A stretch of DNA of 64,000 nt from Octopus vulgaris (lineage: Eukaryota), in the NCBI GenBank assembly GCA_951406725.2, contig OX597817.1, forward strand, positions 75,764,001-75,828,000, read 5' to 3'. The notes below the pieces were generated by a model. It was given only the letters and a program-made list of their open reading frames with translations. It did not search any database and was not told the origin of the DNA. Position numbers and translations under genes: made by a program. Below, piece by piece: positions 13,996-26,920 of the stretch. Numbering within the stretch: position 1 is the stretch's first letter; the number at the start of each line of letters is the position of its first letter.

Positions 13996-15086
13996 GATTC
14001 CGTAGGGTGTTTTCCGGCCAACCCCAGACCCACACAAAAGAGCCTTGTGAGAAGAGGCAAACCAGAATCGAATAAAGGAATAAAGATTGAAAAAGGAATA
14101 AAAATACAATAAAACAATCTAGCTGGAGTTTCAGTTGTTTGGCGCTTCGACTCCTTTCAAAATACGAAAAAAAAAAACGAAGGACGTTATGTCGTCACAC
14201 AGCCTGCTAGTAACAACAACCACATTACCCTCACATCAAACACCATCTTCTTAAAAAGTGATGGAGACAGTATGTAATGCAGTTCTAGATACAATGTCTA
14301 ACAATAAGATGGGATGGTCAAATTACCGTATTTTTGAGTATTAGGAACTACAGTGTCGAATATGTCTTTTAATTTTTGATGTTAGAGTGTGATATGAGGA
14401 AGATTCGGCTACTATTTTCAGCAAATAAAGCGGTCACGTAGAATCTCCTTTACTGAACACCAAGACGAACATTGCGTGAACAAACACGGAAAAAGAGAAA
14501 TGTTTTTAGACAGCGATACATCAGGCACATCAAACGATAACTATCGTCTACCTGAAACAACCTTCTCATATTCTCTTTCTTTCATGAATTCTTTTTCTTT
14601 CCTTTTTTCTCTTTTAAACTTTCTTTTTAATTCGCGAGAAATGGTTGGTGAAAGAGGCACTGTCAGATACGTGTGAATTACTAATGTTTCATTACTTTAC
14701 AAAAGCGATTGATGTAAGAGCTGTTGCGAAGTGTGATGGTGGTTAGAGAAAGGCTAGAAGAAACAGTTTCGGTTACTTACACAGATATACTCAATTAAGC
14801 TCTGTTACAATAAGGATTGCACGTGGTTTGAAGCATTAGTAGTATTTTTTTTTACTGGGATGCATCGTTCATTTCTAGCCACTATATAATTCTTAATTCT
14901 GTATTTCCTTTTATCCTTCTGTTAGAAAAAAAGCTCATGGTTTTAACTGAAAGGCATCTTCAAGTTGTGGACATTATCAATTACAATACCAATTACAAGC
15001 GAGACAGGTCTGTGGCCTACTCAATCATACCGTCGATCTTAGTCTCGGATCCACGACCTTGGTTCACGCAACATGCATAGTCACCT

Positions 15087-15129
<43 letters not shown>

Positions 15130-15197
15130 GTCTTTCTTTCTTTCTTTCTTTCTTTCGATATATGTATGTGTATATGCATGTATTTATGTACACCCCC

Positions 15198-15247
<50 letters not shown>

Positions 15248-15383
15248 TGAGTTCAGCAAAAATTTAGATTCAGATGAATATGGTACTTAAGTTGAGGTAC
15301 CAGAATTTAGTATGGTATTATCCATACAACTTCAAAATAAGGTGATTGAAGTAAAAATAAGCAACAAAGATATCCAGAGGTAA

Positions 15384-15475
15384 TAAAGTACGATCGTTTC
15401 ATGCAGCTCCATTTAATTGAACAATGCAATCATTTCATTCCGTCAATTTAAAATGTAGAGCAATCTTCAGCTGCA
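15384..15475 (-). ncRNA. Type I hammerhead with long helix II, paralogue of 30601-30688, inside a Penelope-like remnant (~15246-15650)
   Basis: tgcag-CTGAAGA-ttgctctacattt...aaatggagctgcat-GAAA-CGATCG-TA-cttta. Flanking 15266-15400 is homologous to 30402-30525. Confidence 0.7.
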
Positions 15476-15654
15476 CAAAGACATATAATTTAATTAAATT
15501 AGAACATAAGGACACATTAGTATAATTTTACCAAAAATCTCCAAGAAGTTAAGGAGATAGACAAAGAACATGTACCAACAATATCATTTTGTTTTTATGG
15601 GGTCAGTTTTAATTTATAGACTAGTTTATCAAATCCTTTGTATATTTTAGGCTG

Positions 15655-16360
15655 AGAGAAAACTGGCCTCATCGTCTTGATGCTTTTCAACATTGTTTTC
15701 TGCAATATATCACAATCCATTGCTCTCTCAATAAATGTGAGTCCTCCCACACCAACCGCACTCATGCATTCCCAAAACATAACACTTCCCCCGCCATGTT
15801 TAACGGTAGACACAGTGAATTTGTCACCATTATCTTCATCTGGTTGTCGCCATACTCGTTTAATAGCATCTGACTCAAACAAGATGATTTTAGTCTTGCC
15901 AGAAAAAAGAATTTTATTCCAAAACTCTTTCGTCTTCCTCACATAGGTTTCGGCAAAAGAAAGACTACTTAATTTATGCCTGGTAGCGAGTAGATGCTTC
16001 CTACGAGGAATACGTCCATGAAAACCACACTGGTTCAAATTGCAGTGAGCTGTTTGGGCAGATACACTTTTTCCACTAACAGAAAACACTTCTTGGGCCA
16101 AAGATGAAGCGGTATGACGCCTGTCATCCATCACGCAACATTGGATGAGGCGAATATCATGCGCAGTTTAAAATAGGACAACATGGACGATCTTTATTGC
16201 TTAGCTGTCCAATAGTTTTGTACTTCTGAATTACATTGGCAACTGTGTTTACGCTAATATGTATTCGTTTGCTAATTAATTTGTATCTTAAACCATTCTT
16301 GTGCAAATTAAAAATAATTTTCTTCATATCGTCAAACAATTCGTTACCTTTTGGTGCCAT
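15655..16360 (-). mobile_element. Tc1-family transposase pseudogene, frameshifted and 3'-truncated
   Basis: MAPKGNEL...paired-like HTH, GFHGRIPRRKHLL, FWNKILFSGKTK, TVKHGGGSVMFWECMSAVGVG. Confidence 0.9.
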
Positions 16361-16536
16361 TTTAATTACAATGAAGAAGATCTTCCCCACGGTACACAAA
16401 TCGGAATTCCTGCAGATGCAATAACAATGACAGGTGCAAAAATGCCAGGAGAAATAATATATTAGAATTGAAATTATCAGCAATATCTGAATTTAGGAAA
16501 AAAAAGGGGATAAAATATTGAATATAGCAAATTTTA

Positions 16537-16972
16537 TCTCAGTAGCTAATTTTAATTGGGTTGGGCTCCCTGTTTATTTGTCTATGTGTCTATATATCTC
16601 TCTATTGAGCTACTGGTGAGAGATTTGGATGGGGTTTTCATACATATCGGACTTTTCTTTGTAACGTTTGAAAATTGGGTCATGCAAGGGATGGCTAAAC
16701 GTAAGTTTGTACACAATTTGCAATAAGAGAGACAAAAGAAAAAAATTCCCCTATGCTAATGGAAATATTGTCCGGGATTGACAGTTTACGTTCAAATCAT
16801 GTCGACTATAGCTCATCAATGAACGTTAAGCACACGGTCTGGCGTTCAGACTTTCAGTCCAATATGTCTGAAAACTCCATCCAAATATCTCACCAGTAGC
16901 TCAATAGCGAGATGGATAGACACATAGACAAATAGATAGAGAGCCCTACCTAATTAAAATTAGCTACTGAGA
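16537..16972. mobile_element. MITE with ~115-bp terminal inverted repeats and TA flanks
   Basis: ta|tctcagtagctaattttaattggg...catatcggact versus agtccaatatg...taattaaaattagctactgaga|ta. Confidence 0.8.
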
Positions 16973-17034
16973 TAATCACACAAATAGAATCTCTTCTATT
17001 ATTTTGCATTATAAGAATTCGCCCCGTTATGTTT

Positions 17035-17935
17035 CTTATTTCTTTATTGCCCACAAGGGGCCAAACATAGAGGAGACAAACAAGGACAGACAAAGTGATT
17101 AAGTCGATTACATCGACCCCAGTGAGTAACTGGTACTTAATTTATGGACCCTGAAAGGGTGAAAGACAAAGTCGACCTCAGCGGAATTTGAACTCAGAAC
17201 GTAGCGGCAGACGAAATGCCGCTATGCATTTCGCCCGGCGTGTTAACGTTTCTGCCAGCTCGCCCCGTCATGTTTCTAGAGAACAGTGAAAAATGCTCAA
17301 ACGGTTCCATCTCACCCATAACTAAATAACGGATGCACCGTAAAACAAGTATGTCAAAACCATTAGGAGACATTCTCAAATAATATACAACGCACAGATA
17401 CCGCATGCGAAGAGTTCTTAGAAATCATAGGAAAATTTCTTAAAATATAAAATATTGGACATAGAAAAAGTTACTAACGTTCCAGAAATAACTCTGTCAA
17501 ATGGTGGCCCAGTAATTGACGGGTACTTATTTAATGAGAATGAAATAAATACCGAGAGAATGAAAGACAAAGTCGACCCCGGTGGAATTTGAACTCAGAA
17601 CGTAAATAGCCGGAAACCAAGTAGCAGAAATAATCCTTTCTACTACAGGCACGAGGCGGGGAATTTTGAGGGAGGGGTCGATTATATCGACCCCAGTACT
17701 TGACTGGCACTTGTTTATCCTTTTCTATTCTAGGCACAAGGCCCGAAATTTCAGGGGAGGGAGCCAGTCGATTAGATCGATCCCAGTACGCAACTGGTAC
17801 TTAATTTACCGACACTGAAAGGATGAAAGGCAAAGTCGATCTCGGTAGAATTTGAACTCAGAGCCTAAAACCGGAACAAATACCGTTAAGCACTTTGTCC
17901 TGCGCGGTAATGATATTGTCAGCTAGCTGCTTTGA
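17035..17935 (-). mobile_element. SINE family A copies (~17035-17265 and nested pieces ~17510-17935)
   Basis: Repeated gaaagg.tgaaag.caaagtcgacc...aatttgaactcagaacgta motifs. Confidence 0.8.
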
Positions 17936-18699
17936 CAATAGAAACCCAATTAAATAATGCTGACAAACGCCCAATAAGGAAACTCCATGAAACTCCCCAC
18001 GTCATCAGATAAAACGCTTGCTTCATAGTCATTATTCAGAAGCAAATAATGAAATATAATGTACTACGCTTTCGCTTACGGTTTACATGTTTGAACGTGT
18101 ATTTCGTGACAATGTTGAAATAATATCTCTTTAACTAACAAACTGTAATTTTTATCGTTCAAAGGACATCATCTGCAAAGGACGTGATTAAAGAACACTG
18201 CAGGCGCTATAAGTTTGTAAAAATATACAAAGCTTGCCTGGGGGATTGATGCATATATGTCAGAAGTACCACCAAGTAAAATGTAAATAGTACTAAAACA
18301 GGAAAAGTGTGAACGTTAAAACGTATAATGATTGGCAAGTCATTGAATGATTACGAGTTTTTTAAGGACTTAAGACGACTACAGGTCGAACCGCATGCTG
18401 CCATCATCAATGGATAAAAACACAGGAAGAATGTAATGGAATTTATTTCATTATTATTTCTCTGATATAATGGACAGTTACCTAGTATGATGGAACTCTG
18501 CAATAAACGCAATAACCTCTTTGAATGTCAAAGCAATTTACAAAAGAACTCTTAAGAAATGTAGCAGAAAATAAAAAGTAATGTTTCCCCCACTACGACA
18601 CGTATGTATGGATGTGTGTGTACATGTGTATATATGTGCAAAAATATATGTATAATATGTATATATGTACATAAATGTGTAAGTATATATGCATAAATA

Positions 18700-18744
<45 letters not shown>

Positions 18745-18851
18745 GTATATATGTATGTATATATGTATATGTCTATCTATCTATATCCACACACACATCT
18801 GTGTATATATATATATGTGTGTGTCTATATATATATATATATATGTGTATG

Positions 18852-18934
<83 letters not shown>

Positions 18935-19612
18935 ATGAATAAATATGTTTGAACAGCTACCTACACACACACAGAAACCCACGTACAGAGGGAAGCATGC
19001 CTGGAGTATTAATATGTATTAAAAACAATCACCTAAGTAGTACCAAAAATAGAAAACTTATGTCACATGTTTTTTTTACAGTATGCTATCTCTAATATGT
19101 CCCGTGTTTATTGACTCGTTAGATTATTAACAAGGACTAGCAGTAAACGCGACTCCTGAGCTAGCCGCATGTTATTGAGTGATAGAGAGATAGATAGAAT
19201 ATAAGACCTGTATTTCAATTTATACGTTTGTGAAACAACGGACATGTACGAAGGAAACCCGGAATACTGCGATTCTGCTGAAATATCTGTGTATGAAAAA
19301 GCACTTTATGAAAGAAGCCTAACAATTGCAGGTTATATGATACATAAACAAAACAGAAAAAAATCAATATTTATCTTTAATTTCTAATGCTATGTATTGA
19401 TTCTGTGTAATAAAACTGAAAGAAAACTTCTCTGGATAATACCTATGTTCGCAAGTTGTACTTATAGGCATACAGGTGCAAGTGTAATTGCGTGGCTTTG
19501 TGGTAAGAAGTGTGCTTTCCAACAACATGGTTACGGGTTCAGTTCTCTATATATAGATATATAGACATGCGTCAGGATTCTTTCAGTTTCCATTTATCAA
19601 ATTCACTCACAA

Positions 19613-19674
<62 letters not shown>

Positions 19675-19679
<5 letters not shown>

Positions 19680-19922
19680 AAAACAGATTAGGGATCTATA
19701 CAAGTCAAATTTTATATACAAAAGATGAAGGTGGAAATAGCACAGAAGTAAGTCTAAGACGTTTCAATTTAAGAGGGAATTTAATAAAACGATTAAAAAA
19801 ATTATTATATAAAGAAAATATGACCGGTTCGATGAACAATTTTAAAAATCATTTTTATTAAATTTTCTCTTAAATTGAAATATATTATACTTACTTCTGT
19901 GCTATTTCCACCTCCATCTTTC
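19675..19922. mobile_element. (TA)n-flanked fold-back element with ~75-bp inverted arms and a decayed hammerhead core
   Basis: 19721-19795 is the inverted copy of ~19847-19921. The left arm reads GAAACGTC on the minus strand. The plus strand has tcGATGA (19829-19835)...GAAA (19877-19880). Confidence 0.6.
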
Positions 19923-19940
19923 ATCTCTCTCTCTCTCTCT

Positions 19941-20016
<76 letters not shown>

Positions 20017-20019
<3 letters not shown>

Positions 20020-20578
20020 TTTTATTCTTTTACTTGTTTCAGTCATTTAACTGCGGCCAGGCTGGAGCACCGCTTCTAGTCGAACAAATCGACCCCAGGA
20101 CTTATTCTTCGCAAACCTAGTACTTATTCTATCGGTTTCTTTTGCTGTAAACACACCAGCATCCGTTGTCAAGCTATGTTAGAGGGACAAACATAGACAC
20201 GCGACCTCGTGAGTACCGTTGGCGATTTTTTCCTCTGTCTTCCATTCTCTGGATCTGTCCTTCTCCTATGTTTCCGACGAAGAGCTCCGCTCGAAACGTC
20301 AAACCCTCCTTCTTTCCTTCTTTCCTGAGCGTCCAATAATACTATACTTGTTCCATGTCCTCGCGTTATTGTGTTTTTTTGTGCTTTCTTGTTTGGATTA
20401 ACTTTATATATATATATGATAGGCTTCTTTCAGTTTCCGTCTACCAAATCCACTCACAAGATTTTGGTCTGCCCGAAGCTATTGTAGAAGACACTTGCCC
20501 AAGGTGCCAAGCAGTGGAACTGAACCCAGAACCATGTGGTTGGTAAGCAAGCTAATTACCACAGCCACTCCTGCGCCT
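20017..20578 (-). mobile_element. SINE family B interrupted in its internal microsatellite by an H2 element
   Basis: Tail half ~20017-20200, head half ~20415-20578 (rc ggcgcaggagtggctgtggtaa). Confidence 0.85.
20205..20403 (+). mobile_element. Short non-coding repeat (family H2) with a minimal hammerhead at 20270-20304
   Basis: gttt-CCGACGA-a-GAGC tcc GCTC-GAAA-cg-TC-aaac. Homologues at 51245-51450(+) and 57998-58190(-). All end at ttaac-(TA)n. Confidence 0.75.
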
Positions 20579-21405
20579 ATATATATTTTGTGTCTTTGTG
20601 TCTGAGTTTATCTCCCGTTACCGTTTGACAACCGGTATTGGTGTGTTTACATCCTCGTAACCTAGTGATTCGGCAATTTGAAACCGATAGAACAAGTACT
20701 ACACTTTAAAAGAAAATAAATGTTGGGTCGATTTGTCCGACTAAAATTCCGTAAGGCAGTGCCCCAGCATGGCTACAGTCTAATGATTGAAACAAGTAAA
20801 AGATAAAACAAAATATATTGTTTGTAACGGTATACCTAGAACTAGAGAAAGCTATAAATAATTCTATCTATTATAAGCACAAAGCCTTAAATTTTAGTGG
20901 AGCGGGGCCTGTCGATTATATCGGCCTTAGTTCTCAGCTGGTACTTATTTTATTGACACCAAAGGAGTGAAAGAAAACGTTGACTACAGCGGAATTAGAA
21001 CTCAGAACGAAAAATTAGAAGGAAATGCTGAGAAGTATTATCCTGCGCGGTAGGGATTCTACCAGCTCATCATCCTGGTGCAGATATTAATAATAGCATG
21101 CTGAACAATTGGTTTAAAAAATCCCAGGCAACCTCCGATATTTTCTTTCCATCCAGGTTTTTTTTTTAAAATCCAATATTCAATATGCCATTATTTATAA
21201 CTTTATCTGTTTCAGGTTCCACAGATAAAAACGATGTATTTCCTATCTCTCGAAGTTTCAAAATACTTATGGTGCAAACATAATAAATAGAGGCGTACCC
21301 TAATTCATTCCAAGACATGCATCTTATCTCGAAAAACGACGTAAGACTGAAAACATTTAAAAAAATTGATTTGCCCATATCTATTTGTATATATTTTCAT
21401 AAATA

Positions 21406-21568
21406 GGCGCAGGAGTGGCTGTGTAGTACGTAGCTTGCTTACCAACCACATTGTTTCGGGTTCAGTCACACTGCGTGGCACTTTGGGCAAGTGTCTTCTA
21501 CTATAGCCTCGGGCCGATCAAAGCCTTGTGAGTGGATTTGGTAGACGGAAACTGAAAGAAGTCCGTCG

Positions 21569-21613
<45 letters not shown>

Positions 21614-21795
21614 ATGTTTGTGTGTCTGTGTTTGTCCCCCCTCAGCATCGCTTGACAACCGATGCTGGTGTGTTTACGTCCCCGTCACATAGCGGTTCGA
21701 TAGAATAAGTATTGGGGTCGATTTACTCGACTAAAGGCGGTGTTCCAGCATGACCGCAGTCAAATGACTGTAACAAATAAAAGAATAAAAGAAAA
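21406..21795 (+). mobile_element. Full-length SINE family B
   Basis: tRNA-like head with B box gggttcagtc, CORE-like ttgggcaagtgtctt, internal (TA)n(TG)n, and aaaagaat tail repeats. Confidence 0.9.
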
Positions 21796-21914
21796 AAGAA
21801 TTTGATTTTCTACCACAGGTAGAATTTATTTTTGTTTAAATATGTCCTCCGAGACCGATATAAAGTCGGAAAAATTGACTGAAGTAGAGGTTCCTTTTTT
21901 TGCATATATTTTTA

Positions 21915-22310
21915 TCTTTTATTTGTTTCAGTCATTAGACTGCGGCTATGCTGGGGCAAGGCCTCGAGGAATTTTAATCGAATGCATCGACTCCAGTACT
22001 TATTTTCTTATCTTTAAGCTTGGTACTTATTTTATTGGTTCCTTTGCCGAACCGCTCAGTTATGGGAACGTAAACGCACCAATACCGGTCGTCGAGCAGT
22101 GCTGGTGGTTAGGGCAAACACAGACACAAACACACAGATACACACACACATACATACTTACGACAGGCTTCTTTCAGTTTTTGTCTATCAAATCCACTCA
22201 CACGGCTTTGGTTGACCCGAAACTATAGAATACATTTGCTCAAGCAGTGGGACTGAACCCGGAACCATGTGGTTGCAAAGTAAGCTTCTTACCACATAGC
22301 CACGCCTGTG
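21915..22310 (-). mobile_element. Full-length SINE family B, inverted relative to the previous copy
   Basis: The reverse complement aligns with 21406-21795. Confidence 0.85.
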
Positions 22311-22917
22311 CATACATCTTTAAAAAGACGAAAACAAAGAAAAAAAACCATGTAAATTCGAAAAAGACGTAACACGAAACTCCGTAATTTTTTTTAATCT
22401 TCAGCTGTAATTGGGAAGTGTATTTTCATCAAGTGGTTTTGCATGCGATATCCTCCGGCAATGCAAATAAATAACAAGGTGGTATAGCTCACCTCATTAA
22501 ACAGATGAAGCGATGTAATAATTATGCTTTCCAAAGCACTAGGTTAACATTGCAAAGAAAAAAAGATGCAGTTGATCAAAACGACATTTTATTGATTTCT
22601 AAATGAAGAAAAGCAAAATAGATTCCCGGAGAAAAGTCGGAATTAAATAGTGTGAAGCATTTTGTCGAGCACGTTATTGTTATTAGCAGCTAGCAAAATT
22701 GACAAGTGTTTTCGATAACAAGCAGTACTGTGATTTCACGTTCTTTGGTTGGCTGAGCTTAGCAGTGGTGATGCTGAAATTCAATCATTGACAAATATCT
22801 TGGCCTTTCCCCCTTTTCTAACGATAATAATAAGATAATAATTGTTTCAAATTTCGGCACAAAACTAGCAGCTTTAGGCGGAGGGCTTAGTCAATTATAT
22901 TGGCTCTATTATTTCGT

Positions 22918-23745
22918 GTATGTAAACAACAAAATAAAACCATCGATCATGTTTTCTCCATGTGTATCCTTCTTGCGCCTACAGAATATCTCAAAAGATA
23001 TCAAAAGGCATGGTAGAGCAGCACAGTATATTCACTGGGTATTTTGCAAAGACTTGTACCTGCCCCATGATAAAAACTAGTAGAAACACAAACCACCCCC
23101 AGTGCTTAAAAATGATCACATCTCACACCTTTGGAACTTTATTGTTCAAACTGATAGAAAGATAGATGCAAATAGGCCATATATTATATTGAAGGGTTTC
23201 AGACAAAAATCATGTCTCCTCATCGATATGACTGTCCCAATCAACATAAATGTACCTGTGAAGACCTATCAAAAACTGTGTAAGTATAATGATCTTGGAA
23301 TAAAAATTGGCAAAATGTGGAACCTCAAGAATAAAACAATACCTGTTGTCATAGGTGTGCTAGGAATGACAGCAAGAGGGGCTGATTGCTAGCTATTTCA
23401 GATACCAGGTAATCCAAAAATGGAAGAAATTTAAAAAAATAGTTCTCATGGAAACTATTCATATCCTACGTGAAATATTGTCTATGTAATGCCGAAAACA
23501 TTTTAATTCGTAAACAATGTCAAAATATGTTTAAATGTATATAACAGCAAATGTACATAACAGACTATCATCTTATCATCAAATTACTTTTAAAACCAAC
23601 TTCCAATTTACTTGTTTTGACAGACATTCTCTAGAACAATACTCTGCGCAAAACCAAACGTATGACACCTTAGTCATAACACCAACTTGAACTTCGAACT
23701 TGTCTCTTGAGTCAACTTGTACAAATAGATATCAAGACAAACATA
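22918..23745 (+). mobile_element. Dong/R4-clade non-LTR retrotransposon 3' end (CCHC finger, restriction-like endonuclease, 3' UTR)
   Basis: CKQQNKTIDHVFSMC, LWNFIVQTDRKIDANRPYII...LLIDMTVP...KYNDL...IPVVIGVLG. Followed by (CAA)n(TAA)n. Confidence 0.9.
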
Positions 23746-23799
23746 TAATAACAACAACAACAACAACAACAATAATAATAATAATAATAATAGTAATAA

Positions 23800-24010
23800 C
23801 CACACGGTCAGTTTCACCGTGAAACCAAGTTAAAAGACCAGGAAGCATCATTGAAGGGGCTCAACCAGGGTGACCCCCAAAAAGAATACTGAAAGCCTAA
23901 TCATCGCGGCCCAGGACCATTGAATACCAACTCAGTGAAAAAGAATTTATACCACACAAGTGCATCGGACTTCTGCAGAATGTGCGGGAAGAGGGTCAAT
24001 AATGTGGGAT
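23800..24010 (+). mobile_element. Dong/R4-like internal fragment
   Basis: HGQFHRET...TESLIIAAQD...CRMCGK. Confidence 0.75.
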
Positions 24011-24014
24011 AAGC

Positions 24015-25870
24015 CAATTTAGCAACATCAGTATCAAACACGATATCTTTCAAGGTGACTCCCTCTCCCCAATTAGTCTTTTGCATCGCACTGATCCCAC
24101 TCTGAAACGAACTGAATAACACCAGGTATGGTTTTAAAGTTTATACTACTACAATAAACTATCTGTTTTATATGGTCGACCTCAAGCTGTTTGCTAGAAA
24201 TGACAAAGAGATAGTAGACTTGCTAACAACTGTTAAAGAGTTCAGTAATGACATCAGGATGGATTTTGGCCTTGATAAGTGTGCTAAAGCAACTGTTATT
24301 AGAGGCAAGCTCAGGCAAACAGCTTCCATTTAATTAGATACCGACGCTACCGTCAAGGAGATTGACTCACAAGATAGTAATAAATGCCAGGGGATAAACG
24401 AAGGAGATGGTATACAACATGCTATTATGAAAGTAAAACTAAGAAGGGAGCATTACAGGGGAATAAGACTCATTCCAAAAACTGAACTCAGCTCCAAAAC
24501 TCGCATTCAGCCATTAACATTCTGGCACTTCCATTAGTCCAATGCAGTTTTAACATCATTAACTGGAATCTTACAAAGCTCCAACACCTGGACAAGAAAA
24601 CAAGAAAACATCTAAGAACATGCACCACCGAAAATTAGACGTTGATCGCCTGTATCTACCTAGAAGTAACGAGGGAAAAGGAATGATGCAGGTAGAACTG
24701 TGGTATAAGACCTCCACAATAGCAATGAATAGGTACTTATCTAGCACAGAGGACTGGATGCTGCGACTTATGTGCAAACACAAATGCAACAAAAAATCAC
24801 ATTCTATTGTCAAAGAAGCTTTCAAATTCGCTAGAGAACTTTGAATTAATCCTGAATTAGATGAAGAATCTGAAACCACCAAACAATCAAAGCGGATCAA
24901 GCAGATTACAAAAAAGAAAGGGTAGAAACAAATCGAGGAGCAGTGGAGCAGTATATACTTCGAAGCCGAAATGCTAATATAGACCAAGCAACAACCCATT
25001 AGTAACTGAGAAGCTCAGGACTGAAAGCAGAGACGGAAGGTTTCATATTGGCGACACAAGATCAAAGCTTGTTTACAAAAAACTACAACGTTAACGTTCT
25101 TCAAAATGGTCCTACCCTAAATGCAGATTTTGCGACACATTTTATGAAACAATAGACCATCTCATCTTGTGATGTCCTGTACTGATACCAAATGAATATA
25201 AAAATCACTATGATAGAGTAGGACAGTCTTTACATTGAAAAATACGTAAATACTACAAAATCAGCACTCCTGCTTACTGGTATGAACATCATCGTTGAAG
25301 GTAAAAATGTCGTTAAGGGTAAAAATGTCACTATCCTCTGGAATTTTCCAGTCAACACCGACAGAACGATCCATGCTAATCAACCAGAAATAGTAATTAA
25401 GGACAGGGAAGAAAATACTTGTAGACTGATAGATGTTAGTGTTCCCACTGATAAAAATATATCTGTCAAGGAATTTAACAAATTAAGTAAATATAAGGAC
25501 CTGGAAATTGAAATACAAAAGATGTGGCACCTTAAAGCGAGAACTATTCCTGTTACTGCGGGTACCCCAGGTATGATAAAAACGGATGTTAGGATGTTAA
25601 AAACATTTAGATAACATCCCAGGAGAACCATGTTTCAGAGAAATCCAAAATATTGTGCTGACAAGTACAGTCCAAATCCTTAGAAAAATCCTGTCAGTTT
25701 AAATGTCTGTGTTGTATTAGATGATATTTTGCTACTGCCCCTGCCACTTGACTTCCCCAAACATCTCTTATTCTTCACTCGCCCTAGGACACTCGCCCTA
25801 GGACACTCGCCCTAGGACACTGAGTGTGTCTCGGCAAGTGATTGTAACAAACGTGCAGATTAAAAGTAAA
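24015..25870 (+). mobile_element. 5'-truncated, decayed Dong/R4-clade retrotransposon (RT plus RLE)
   Basis: IFQGDSLSP, LFYMVDLKLF, FGLDKCAK, HRKLDVDRLYLPRSNEGKG, LKAETEGFILATQDQ, ILWNFPVNTDRTIHANQPEIV, IDVSVP, KYKDLEIE. Multiple stops and frameshifts. Ends at (CAA/TAA)n. Confidence 0.92.
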
Positions 25871-25933
25871 TAACAACAAGAACAACAGCAACAACAACCA
25901 CAACAACAACAACAACAATAACAATAATAATAA

Positions 25934-25999
<66 letters not shown>

Positions 26000-26022
26000 T
26001 AATAATGATAATAATAATAATG
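25870..26022. repeat. (CAA)n/(TAA)n microsatellite (R4/Dong target or tail)
   Basis: Direct reading. Confidence 0.9.
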
Positions 26023-26342
26023 AAGTATCAAATAAACTTTTTTAACACGCGCAGTTTCATAGGAAACCGTTTATTAATCCTCTAATCAGGTCGTCGACTA
26101 ATGCTGATATGGAAATTAGTGTGTCTATTACAGATAAATTTCAAGTTGATTTAATTAGTACTTTGCTAAGCTCCACATGAGTGGTTAACAAACCGCGAAA
26201 TATGTTGAAATAATATCTTATATTTTCTCTGCACGAAAAGAGATGTATTCACATCTGTTTAAAGTTCTACAGAGGAGGTTTTAAAACGTGATTTAATTAC
26301 TTTAAATTTATCGGGTATACACACACACACATATTTAGACAC

Positions 26343-26414
<72 letters not shown>

Positions 26415-26431
26415 GTATATGTATATATATA

Positions 26432-26492
<61 letters not shown>

Positions 26493-26493
26493 A

Positions 26494-26638
26494 GGCGCAG
26501 GAGTGGCTGTGTGGTAAGAAGCTTACTTCCTAACAATATGGTTCCTGGTTCAGTCCCACTGCGTGGTACCTTGGGCAAGCGTCTTCTATAATAGCTTTGT
26601 GAGTGGATTTGGTAGACGGAAATCGAAAGAAGCCTGTC

Positions 26639-26678
<40 letters not shown>

Positions 26679-26898
26679 AAATGTGTGCATGTATGTATTT
26701 GTGTACCTGTGTTTGTACCCCAAACATCGCTTGACAACGATGTTGGTGTCCCCGTAATTTAGTGGTTCGGCAATAGACACTGATAGAATAAGTACTAGGC
26801 TTACAAAGTATAAGTCCTGGGGTCGATTTGTTCGACTAAAGGCGGTGCTCCAGCATGGCCGCAGTCAAATGGTTGAAAGAATTAAACGAATAAAAGAA
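26494..26898 (+). mobile_element. Full-length SINE family B
   Basis: ggcgcaggagtggctgtgtggtaag...ccagcatggccgcagtcaaat. Confidence 0.9.
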
Positions 26899-26920
26899 TA
26901 TATATATATACATACATATA

